Below, in pieces: positions 32,647 to 43,428 of a DNA stretch of 64,000 nt. Position numbers and translations under genes: made by a program. The stretch's first letter is position 1. Every line of letters begins with the position of its first letter. A model generated the notes under the pieces. The model saw nothing but the letters and a program-made list of their open reading frames with translations, made no database searches and was not told where the DNA came from. This DNA is from Blastocladiella emersonii ATCC 22665 (Eukaryota; Fungi; Blastocladiomycota): NCBI GenBank assembly GCA_025594325.1, contig JANHCV010000002.1:2604001-2668000 (forward strand), in the 5' to 3' direction.

Positions 32647-34318
32647 ATGGAAAACGACCTAGTGCACCCGGCGCAGCGCATCCCGCTGCCGTCGGAGCCG
32701 CACTCGGGCTGGCTGCGCGCCGACCTCGCCGCCGCCGCTCCCGCTGCCGCCCCGCGGCCCGCCTTTGACCCGCGCACGTCGCCGGCCCGCCGGTCCACCA
32801 CCATCGCCGCCTCGCATGCGAGACCCGCCGCCTCGACCGCCGCCAAGTCCGACGCCGCCCTCGCCGCGCTGTTCGCCCCGCTCAACCTCGCCGCGTCGCC
32901 CGCGTGCGCATCCGCGTGCCAAGCGGGCCTGTCGCAGCTCAACGACGTCGCCGCACAGTCCACCGCAGGCACCCACGCCGCGCGCGCGTACCTCGCCGCG
33001 TGCCAGCGCAAGCGCGAGGAGGCCGCCGAGCGCGAGCGCCGTGCCCGTGAGGCCGCCGAAGCCAAGCGGCGCGCCGAGGAGGAGGCCAAGCGGCGCGCGG
33101 AAGAGGAGGCGCGGCGTAAGGCCGCGGAGGAGGCGAAGCGGCGCGCCGAAGAGGACGCGCGGCGGCGCGCGGAGGAGGAGGCGGCGCGCAAGGCCGAGGA
33201 GGAGCGCGCTCGCAAGGAGCAGGCGGAGCAGGCGCGCGCCGCGGCCGAGGCCAAGCAGCGCAAGGCCGAGCAGGCGGCGGCTGACAAGGCGCAGGCCGAG
33301 GCGGATGCCGCGCAAGCAGCCGCCGACGCGGCGGCCAAGGCCGAGCGCGCCGAGGCCAAGGCGAAAGCCAAGGCGGCCAAGGCGGCGCGCGGGACATCAC
33401 CCGTCCCCGAGCCCGAGTGCATGCAGCTCATCGAGTACATGAAGAAGACGGTCAACCCGGCCATGAAGGAGCCCGAGCACAAGCGCAACGGTATCGAGAT
33501 CCGCAAGAAGCTCAACACGGCGGTCGGCCAGCTCAACAACACCATGACCAAGCTGATCGACGTGATCCGCCGCGTCGACACGGAGCTCAAGACCATCCAG
33601 GCCCAGGCCGCGCCCATGTACTACGAGTACGCCCTCAACCTGCTCGCCAAGTCCTTTTGCCGCCAGGCCGAGGCCGAGATGCGGCCCGACGTCGCCAAGG
33701 CGTTCCCGTACGGCCACGTCGCCGTCCTCCTCATGGCCCACCACCCGCGATTCAAGGACTTCCTCCTCGCCCGCATGTACAAGTTCTGCCCGTACCTGAT
33801 CCCGGCGTTCCCGCGCGCCAAGACCGAGGAGGACCGCAAGCGCCTCCTCCGCATGAAGCCCAACGAGGACGGCGAAAAGTACATGGAGCGCATGGGTACC
33901 CTCGTCGCCCTGTTTGCCGCCATTGTCCAGGCCAAGCCGCTCGCCCGTACGTCGTTCCTCCCGCGTCCCTCGCCTTGCCTCCCCTCACTGACCGACTCGA
34001 ACCCCGCACGTAGCCAACATCAAGAACCCGATCGGCATCGATCACGGCTGGACCTGGCTCGCGCACGTCCTCAACCTGCCGCCGTCAGACCTGATGGTGT
34101 ACCTGGTCGAAAAGTGCCTCCTGCTCGCCGGCCACGCCCTGCTCGACGCGTACGGCCGCCAGGCCCAGAAACTCGTCGACGTGCTCATCCGCGAGTACGC
34201 GTTCCAGTGCGGCGACAACGTCAAGCCCGTCCGCTCACGCTGGGAGTCGCTCTGGGACCCGCGACAGCGCGTGTGGACGATCGAGGCTCACGCGGACCGG
34301 AATCCGAGCCGCGAGTAG
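32647..34318 (+). CDS. GLE1: mRNA export factor Gle1
   Basis: Long EE/RR coiled coil, then AVGQL..LNLLAKSFCRQAEAE..AFPYGHVAV..LLARMYKFCPYLIP..YMERM..LFAAIVQ. After intron 33947-34013: NPIGIDHGWTWLAHVLNLPP..AYGRQAQKL. Confidence 0.9.
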
Positions 34319-35237
34319 CCGCGGGCGGGGCGCGGGTGGGGGTGGGCCGTTCGGGGGACGAGATTTGCTTGTAATGAACCTTCGTGTATTTACGAGATGG
34401 ATCGACTCAGTTTGTGTCCCGCTAGCCTCACTGCGACCCCATCGACCTCGCGTGGTTCAGCGGGTACGCGCAGGGGTACGCGGCAGCAGCGAGGCGAGGC
34501 AGAGACGCGTCGATCAATCATGTGAGGGTGGCGCCGGTCGCCAACGCGACTTCGCCGACCTTGTGGCGCCACCCTTTCCCTTGCGACCGCCGACGACCGT
34601 CCTCATCGTCAATGTCGGGCGACCATGAGCTGCTCTACTCCTATCGCAACGCAACCACGAACCGACCACCTGAAGCTCGGTTGCGGTTCCCGCCGCGCTG
34701 CGCCACCACACCGGCACGGTCACGGCGATCGATGGTCGAGGTTCGGCGGCGCGGTCCGACCGGGTTCCGCCGTCTCCCACCTCGGGATCCCACGCCGTGA
34801 CCGCGAGCGCGCGCGGTGGGTGCGCCCATCGGCCCTCCCGGCGGTCCCTCGCCGCCGCGACTTTCTCGGGTGGACCGGTCCTCTCTCTCCACCGCCCGAG
34901 ATCTCTCGTACGACGTCCTCTTGACGGCGAGACACACGCATCCTGCACCCGCACTCGACTCCGACCTGCTGCTGTACGGGCCCGTCCGCAGCCGCGATCC
35001 CGCCTGAGAACACATCGCTGACCCGCCGTCGTTGCCCGCGACTTGTAGGCGCGCACACATGTGTGATCGGGCTTCGACAACGGCACCCGGACTCGTTCCC
35101 GACCTTCTACGGTACGAACACTTGCGCTCTCGGGCCGCCGCGATGGATCGCTGACCCATCACCCGCGACATCACAGGCGCGCACGCGTCCAGGCCATCGA
35201 CCAACCCTTCTCGCAGTCGCAGATCCCGCACACCACC

Positions 35238-38121
35238 ATGGACCGCCCGCTCATGCAGTCGCCGCCGCGGCGTCCCAACAAGCGCGCCAAGCGCGGCAAG
35301 GGCGGCAAGGTGGCCGCGTCGTCCGACCCGTGGCAGGCGCTGACCAACTCGGACTCGGCCGAGCTCATCACCGGCCTGCCCGACCTGTCCTCCACCCACC
35401 CTCCCGCCCCCACTCCGCCCGCGCCGCAGCCGCAGCCGCAGTCGCAGCCAGTCCGGCCGTCCCCGTCGTGGTCAGCCAACGTGCCGATCGAGGCCCTCTT
35501 GATCCTGATCGCCCTGTCGGCCAACGTCCTCGGCGCCGACCTGTCCACTGCCTCTTCGCTCCCCGTCTCGACGCCGCCGCTCGCGTCCCTCGCGTCCTCC
35601 GCCCCACCTCGGACCGCCGCGAGTGTCCGCACCGCCGCCGCGAGCGTGCGGGCGTACCTGCGCGGCATGCACGCCGAGACCCACGCCGCCAACACGCCTT
35701 CGGCCGTGCGCCAGGCCGAGAACCTGCGCTTCGCCACGCTGGCAGCCCAGTGGGCCGCGGTGGTGTTTCGCTCGCCCGGTTTCGCGGGCACCACTGCGGC
35801 TGCGGCCGCCGGCGAGGAGGGCGCCGTGGAGGCGGACGCGGACGAGGCGCGCGGCGTGCCCCGTGGCGTCCATATTGCGCACACGGCACTTCGTCATCGT
35901 GTGGGTGACGGCGACCAAGCTCACCACGCCGGGTCGGTTTCGGTTCCGAACGCGCACACGGACCTGCTCGAGGCTGTCGCTGTCGCTCCCGCTGCCGAGA
36001 CCACGGGCGACGTCGATGTCGACGTCGACGAGGACCTCGGTCCGCAGCTCGTCGCCGTCGCGCTGGTCACGCACATCCAGCTCGCGATTCTCGCGACCAC
36101 GGGCGGGTTCGCGATCCAGGCCGCAACGGCGACTGGCCAGACCATGCCCAAGGTCGGGACGCTCACGGCGCACGAGGCCATCCTGGCCGAGCTCCTCGCC
36201 GTGTCCGATGGCGCCGCGTCGTGGCTGCTGTCGACCGACGTCGCGGTTCCGGGCTCCGATTGGCGCGACCTGGTCAGGTTCAGCGGCAGCGACCTCGGCA
36301 ACCGCATCTCGGCCCTCATCGGCAACGGCGACACGGAGCACCCCGGGTTCCACTTCCTCACGGGCCTCGCTGGTCTGTGGTGGAACGTGCCGGCGCTCAG
36401 CCAGCTCATCGAGCCGCACCCAGGTGACGACGAGCCGTCGCGCGCCCGCCGCGAGCAGTGCCGCAGGGCTGACGCCCGCGGACTCGTCCAGGGCACGCTG
36501 TTGCGCGAGCCCGTGTTCCAGCAGCTCATCGCCGACATCACGGCCGCGGCATCGGAATCCAGCTCGGCGTCGCTCAAGCTGGCCATGCCCAACGTCGGCA
36601 TGAGCACCTTCGCCAAGGCCCTGGACATCATTGGTCGGTACGGCTGGGCCACCGCGAGCCCCAACCAGCGCCACCGTCTCGACTTCGCCATCGCCCACCA
36701 TGCGCCGTTCGCCCTCCTCCTGTCGAGCGGGCACGTCCGCACGCGCGACGTCGTGTTCGGGCCCCGCTCGTGGGCCGTGCTCATCACGCACCACCTCGTC
36801 CGGGGTACGCTGTCGAGGATCCAGAAGGCGCTCAAGAAGATCCCGCTCGAGGAGTACCCGGTGTCGTCGGCATGGCCAGTGGATGCCAAGGTGATTGGCA
36901 ACGGTTCGTGCTGCTCGCCCTCCACTCACGCCCACCTCCGTGCGGAAAATACTGACTGACCGCTCGTCGCTGCATGTAGTGATTTTCCTGGCCGCGCTCG
37001 TGTCCGCGGGTGCGCCGCAGGACCTGCGCGTCGTGGTCCAGTTCGCGCGCAAGGTGGTCCCGGACAACGAGCACTTCCTCGGGTCGGTCGTCGTCGACGC
37101 GTGCGGCTTCGCGGGTTCGGAGCAGGAGCTCGTCCAGCAACTGGAGCGCCAGGCGGCGCTGCCGCAGCAACAGCAGCCCGCGCGCGGCGGCCATGGACCT
37201 GTCGTCGGCTCGCTCGCGTACCTCCTCGCGGCGGTGGCGAGGGGCCTCGTGGCACCGTGGGACGAGATCGCGGTTACGCTGCGCCTGCTCGCCAAGCTGC
37301 CGGCGGCCGCAGCTGCGGTCCGCGACCGCCTCGTGTCCACGCTGGGCGACCCGGCCGTCGCGATCCAGACGATTGCTGCGCTCGGAACAGCGCCGCCGGG
37401 TATCCGGTCGCGTCTTCTCGACCTGATCACGGCGAGTGGGAGTGCCGGCGTGCTGATATCGGGCACGCTCGAGGCCGTGTGTGCTGCCGCAGGCGGCGTC
37501 GGTGGCGGGTCCGAGGACGGCGACGATCGCGAACGCGTGTACCGACACGTCCTGCTGGCGCTGCCGCGGTTCGAGGCCAGACACAAGACGCTGCCGAACG
37601 GCGGCTGCTGCCGCGAGCCGGCATGCCCGGTCCAGGAGCAGCGCGTGTGCCGTCACGCGCTCGAGATCCTGCTGTCGGCGTTCCGCGAGACTGTCGCGTC
37701 GCCGCAGTTCTGGACGGCGGGCGCGGCCGAGGCCGTCAAGCAGTACTTCCTCGTGCTCGACCGGAACCACCAGCAGCAGTTCCTGTCGGCGGACGCGGTC
37801 GCGGCGGCGGTCGGTCGCGCGGCGGCCACGTACCACGACCACGACGGTTACGACGTGCGCAACGAGTACGGCCACGCGCCGCGTGTCGTCGACGTGGCCG
37901 CCGAAGGCGAGTCCAAAGACGGCGGCGCGGGCGTCGTCGGGCCGGCCGCTCCGGCGTGCTGGTGTGACGGCTCGGTGCGGCTCACGGTGGCGGCCAAGCT
38001 GTGCGCCGTTGCGCCCGACGCGGTCCGGTCGCTGTTCGCGGGCGAGCCTGTTCCGCAGGTCGTGGCCGTGCTCGTGGCCGAGGTCGACCGGCAGCAGCAG
38101 CAGCACCTGCACGCTTCCTAA
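35238..38121 (+). CDS. Unknown-family paralogue A (left arm), ~935 aa
   Basis: Exon 35238-36903, intron 36904-36979 (GTTCGT..ACTGAC..TAG), exon 36980-38121 in frame. Shares motif blocks with B and C. Confidence 0.7.
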
Positions 38122-38995
38122 GCCTCGATTCTCTCGTCCCTCCCTCGCACGCGCATCAGGCAGTCTCGTCGCTGCCGCTCATTTCCAATACACAACACGT
38201 TGTTGATCACCTGCCTCGGTCACCGGCCTGCCTGCGCTTCTCCTCGCCGCCGACAAGGAAGTGGAGACGCGACGATCAATCACGTGAGGGCGGCCCCGTT
38301 CGCCACCGAGGTCGCCGACCTTCGCGAACGCCGCCCCTTCGAGTTGCCCCCGCTCCGCGTGCCGACCTCTCCGACACAGAGCGACCATGAGCTGCTCGAC
38401 GCCGACCGCAATCGCACCCTCACCTGCAGCACCGCGCCCGCCCAGCACGCCCGGCCCGCGGTCTCGCTCGGCCTGATCCCGCTCGGCCTGATCCCGCTCG
38501 ACCGTGGCGCAGCGATGCGGCCCCGCAATCCCCCGTCTCCCACCTCGACACCCCACGCCGCGGCCGTGACCGCCGTGACCGTGGGAGTGCTCGGCGCGTG
38601 ACGGCGGATGCGCCCATTGGGCCTCCTCGGCCGCCGCGCTCCCCCGGACTCGGCCACATCCCTCCCTTCCTCCCTCGCCCCCATCTCTCTGCACCCACTC
38701 AAGCACATTGCTCCACGCGAGCACCTACGACTCTTGCATCTTTGCGAACGCACGACGGTACGGGCCCGTCCGCGGTCGCGCGCCCCGCCCACAGAGCATC
38801 GCTGACCCTCTGCCGTCGCCCGCGACGTGACAGGCGCACCCCCGTCGGTTCTCGGGCCTCTACGACTGCGCCCGCACCCGCTCCTGGCCCACTTCGGTAC
38901 GATCTCTCGCGGTCGTGCGCTGGCGCGACGGATCACTGACCCATCACCCGCGACATCACAGGTGCTCCCGCACGCCGACCCTCGCGCCAACGACC

Positions 38996-41900
38996 ATGTC
39001 CCGCCCGCTCATGCGCGCGCAGTCGCGCGGCGCAGCGAAACGCGCGGCCAGCGCGCAGTTTGCGGCCAAGGGCGGCAAGAAGAAGGCCAAGACCACCGAC
39101 TGGAAGACGCGCGACTCGTGGGACTTTGCTGCCCAGTACGTCGAGCTCGAGGACTCGCCCGACCTGCTCCCCGCCCCTGCCCCTCCCCCCTCTCCACCTG
39201 CGCCGTCGTCGTCAACTCGGCTCGCAGCGGCACCCCGTCCGCCAGCCGGTCCGCCGCCGCCGCCGCCGCCATCGGCCCCGACGTGGTCGCCCGACGTGCC
39301 GATCGAGGCCCTCGCGTTCCTCGTCGGGCAGTCGGTCGAGACGCTCAACGCCGACATCCACGCCGCACCACCATCGTCGCTCCTCGACTCGACGCCGCTC
39401 GCGTCGCTCGCGTCGCTCGTCCCTTCCACCGCACCCCGCACCGCCGCCAACGTCCGCACCGCCGCCGAGCACGTTCGCGCCTTCCTGCGCGACATGCGCC
39501 TCGCGGTCCACGCCGCCGCCAAGGCGCCCTCGACGGCTCACCAGGCCGAGTTCCTGCGCTTTGCTACGCTGGCCGCCAGGTGGGGCGCGGCGGTGGCCCG
39601 CTCGCCCGGGTTCGCGGACGTGGTGGGTCGTACCGTGTACATTGTCGGGGCGGCGGCGCCCGCCAGCGACGAGAACGCCGAGAGCGCCGAGAACGTCGGC
39701 GTCGGGCACGTTGAGCACGTCGACCATGTCGAGCACGTCGAGCACGTCGGCGTCGATCACGCGGAAAACGTCGAGAACGTCGAGGTCGACGAGGGCGGCA
39801 GCAACGTGCTGGTCCCCAAGCTCGCCAAGCTGTACCTCGGCGACGACGGCGTGCTGCTGCCCGCGCTCGAGGCCATGCTGATCGACAACGATGACGACGC
39901 GGATACCCATCCCTCCCCTGTCGTCGTCGGCGACGAGGGCGGCGTGGGTGGCGTGGACGGCGTCGGCGTGGACGGCGTCGGCGTGGACGGCGTCGGCGTA
40001 GACGGCGACAAGAACGAGAAGGAGAACGAGAAGGAGAACGAGAACGAGAACCGCGTCGAGGACAGCCCCACGACGGCCTCCGCGGGTGCGGCGCTGTGCG
40101 TGCCTCGCGGCGTCGTCCTCGCCCGCTCTGCGCTTCATTGTCGCGCGCGTGCGGACGGCGACCATGGTCATCATCACCACGCCGCCGACGCCGGGTTGGG
40201 CCCCGACACGGCTGCGGTCCCGCCCGCCCCGGTCCTTTCCGGCTCCACGGGCGACGCTCTCGTAGACCCGCCCGCCGCTTTCGACCCTGCAGCGGCAACC
40301 GCATCCCCGGCCGCTGGCGACGCCGGTGCCGGCGCAGACGCAGGCGACGAGGACCTCGGTCCGCAGCTCGTCTCCGCCGCGCTCGTCACGCTCATCCAGG
40401 TCGCGATCCTCGCGGCGACGGGCGGCATCGCGATCCAGGTCGAGACGGCGACCGGCCAGACCGTGTCCAAGGCCGCGACGGTTGCGGCGCACCGCGCCAT
40501 CTTCGAGGTGATCCTCGGCGTGGCCGACGACGTCGTGACGTGGCTGCTGTCGACCGACGTGGCCCTGCCGTGCTCGGACTGGATCGACCTCGTCCGCTTT
40601 GGCAACGGCGCCGTCGGCAACCGCCTCGCGGCCCTCGTCGCGAACGGCGACCCCGACCTGCCCGGCTACCACTACCTCGCGATTCTCGCGGCCATGTTCT
40701 GGGACGCCGAGGTGTTCGGCCAGCTCGTCCAACCGTACCCCGGCAACGACGAGCCGTCGCGCGCTCGCCGCGAGCGGTGCCGCCGCGCCGACGCGGACGG
40801 GCTGGTCCAGGGCTCGCTGTCGCGCAAGCCCGTCATCGAGGAGCTGATCGCCGACCTGACCTTCTGGGCGTCGGCGACGTCAACGTCCACGTTCAAGAAG
40901 GTGATGCCCAAGATCGAGGTCGTCGGCAAGGTGCTGGGCCTCGTCGCTCGCCACGGCCTGCGGATCGCCGACGCGGGCCAGCGCACCCGGCTCGACGCTG
41001 CCCTCGCGGGCCACATGCACCTCATCAACCACCTCGCAAACCTGCACCGCGTCTCGCGTACCGTGCTGTTTGGGCCGCGGTCGCTCGCGGCGCTCTTCCA
41101 GCGGCACCGCGAGCGGGACACCCTGTCCCGGATCTCGATGGTGCAGGAGTTTACGCCCCAAGCAGCAGACAGCGGCGGCGGCGGGTGAGGCGCTCGGCAA
41201 CGGTTCGTTTTCTCTCTCCCGTAACGCGCGTCCGCGTACGTGGCACTGACTGACTGACTGACGCCGATCCCCATCGCGTAGTGCTCACACGGAGCATGCT
41301 GGTGTACGAGGACGCGCCTCGGGGTCTCCACGGTATGGTCCAGTTCGCCCGCAAGGTCTTCCCGAAGAGCAAAAAGCGGTTCCTCGAGCAAGTCGTCAAC
41401 TCGTGCAGCGCCGGCAGCATCACCGGCTTCAAGGCTGAGGTCGCCCTGTGCCTGGAGCGGCAGGCCCTGCTCTCGCAGCAGCAGCAGCAGCAGCAGCAGC
41501 AGCACGCTCGGTGCAACGGGCCGGCCGCGGGCTCTTTCGCGCACGTCCTCGCGTGGATACCTCGGGGCCCCGTGCCGCCGTGGGACCTGTTCGCCATCGA
41601 GCTGCGCCTGCTCGCGACGCTGCCGGACGACATGGCCGCGGTCCGCGACCACCTCGTGTCGGTGCTGGCCAACCCGGCCGTCGCGATCCTGACGATTGCC
41701 GCGATCGGGACGGCGCCGCCGCAGATCCGGGTGTACCTGCTCGGCCTGATCCGGGCGAGTGGGACGGCGGGCGCGCTGATCTCGGGCGTGCTCGAGGCCG
41801 TGTTCGCCACCCACGGGCCCAACAACGAGTACTGCCACGTCCTGCCGGCGCTCCCGCCGTTTAAGAGCAGGCACAAGACGCTGCCGAACGGCGGGTGCTC

Positions 41901-42711
41901 GCGGCAGCTGCGGCAGTGCCCGGTCCAGCAGCAGCGCGTGTGCCGACACGCGCTCGAGGTTTTGCTGTGGGAGTTCCTCGCGACAGTGGTGTCGCCGCAG
42001 TCGTGGACGGCGGGCGCCGCCGGGGCCGTCAAGCAGTACTTCCTCGTGCTCGACCGGAACCACCAGCAGCAGTTCCTGTCGGCGGACGCGGTCGCGGCGG
42101 CGGTCGCTCGTGCGGCGGCAACGTACCAGGCCCACGACGGGTACGAGCCGCGCTACGAGTACGGTCGCGCGCCGCCGCACGGCGTCAACGTCATCGTCAA
42201 CGCGGGCGTCGGCCCCTCCAAGGGCGGCGACGACGAGGCGTGCGACGTGGACGACGTCGAGGTCAAGCGCGCGCCCGAGGAGGACGGCCACGCGGCGTGC
42301 GACGACGACATGGTTGTTGACACGGTCGTCGCCGTTGTCGAGGGCGAGTCCAAGGACGACTGCGCGCCGCGCGACGCGGATGGCGTCGACGTCAAGCGCG
42401 AGCCCGAGGACGACCACGCGCCGCGCGAGCCCGAGGACGACCACGCGCCGTGCAACGTGGGCAACGTCGAGATCAAGCGCGAGCCCGAGGAGGAGTCCGA
42501 GGCCGGCGGCGCGGGCAACGGCGGGTCGGCCGGGCCGGCGTGCTGGTGTGACGATTCGCCACGGCTGACGCTGGCGGCCAAGCTGTGCGCCGTGGCGCCC
42601 GACGCGGTCCGGTCGCTGTTCGCGGGCGAGCCCGGCGGCGTGCCGCAGGTCGTGGCCGTGTTCATGGCCGAGATCGACCGGTTCCGTCCGCCTCCCCATG
42701 CGACTACGTGA
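38996..42711 (+). CDS. Unknown-family paralogue B (left arm), with a frame problem at its intron
   Basis: ORFs 38996-41188 and 41281-42711 are homologous to A exons 1 and 2. The A-equivalent donor (41203) is out of frame and preceded by TGA 41186-41188. Confidence 0.6.
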
Positions 42712-42712
42712 G

Positions 42713-43407
42713 CCGCTCGCCGCTCGCCGCTCGCCGCTCGCCGCTCGCCGCCCTCGTCGTTTGTCGTTTGTCCCCTCTTGCACATTTTCCCTCTCCCGTT
42801 ACCTTTCCTATGCAATACACGCACCCCCTCTCGCCATCGCACTCTCGCCTGCCCCTCTCGCCTTCGCGCGGGCCGACCGGGATTCGGGGTCGGCGGGTGA
42901 TAGCGATAAACGCGTCTCGCGGTCCGGGCGTGACCGGCACGCCATTTCGCGGCGCGTCTCGCGGGCCGCCGTGGTCGCTCGCCCCGCGCCCCGCCCGCTG
43001 CTCATAGCGAACCCCTCAACGGCAAGGAGAAGAAGGTCGCCGACTGCGACTGCTGCTGTGTGGCGCAGGACGCAGGACGCAGGACGCATCGGCCATCTGC
43101 ACATGCGCGGGGCGTGAGTGGCGGCGCCGCGGCAGGATCTCCTCTCTTTGCTTGAGGAAAGCAGCCGGCTGGGCCCTTCTCTCCCGTGGCCGCCGAGTGT
43201 CTCCCGCGGTTCCCACGCTGCGCGGTTGGGGCGCCGGCGTCAGCATCTTCCGCGCTGGACGGGGTCGCCGCCGCCGCCGCGCCCGCGCCCTCGCCCTCGC
43301 CCTCGCTCTCCCCTCTCCCTCTCGGCCTTGCGCTGCGCCGAGCGCCCCGCACTCTCTCCCTGAACCCGCCGACCAAACGCAACGCAACGCAACGCAACGC
43401 AACGCAA
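42713..43407. repeat. Microsatellites between B and C: (GCCGCTC)n ~42713-42750, (GCAGGAC)n ~43066-43086, (AACGC)n ~43376-43407; mirrored in the right arm
   Basis: Directly visible short tandem repeats. Confidence 0.85.
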
Positions 43408-43428
43408 CACACTACCACGACCGCAACC

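Noticed and set aside
42713-43407. Short tandem repeats considered as a CRISPR-like array
   Set aside because: No unique spacers; simple microsatellites in a eukaryotic context.
43186-43428. N-terminal extension of the 714-aa ORF of gene C
   Set aside because: Runs through (AACGC)n and pyrimidine-rich leader sequence; ATG 43429 has accATG context like the paralogues.
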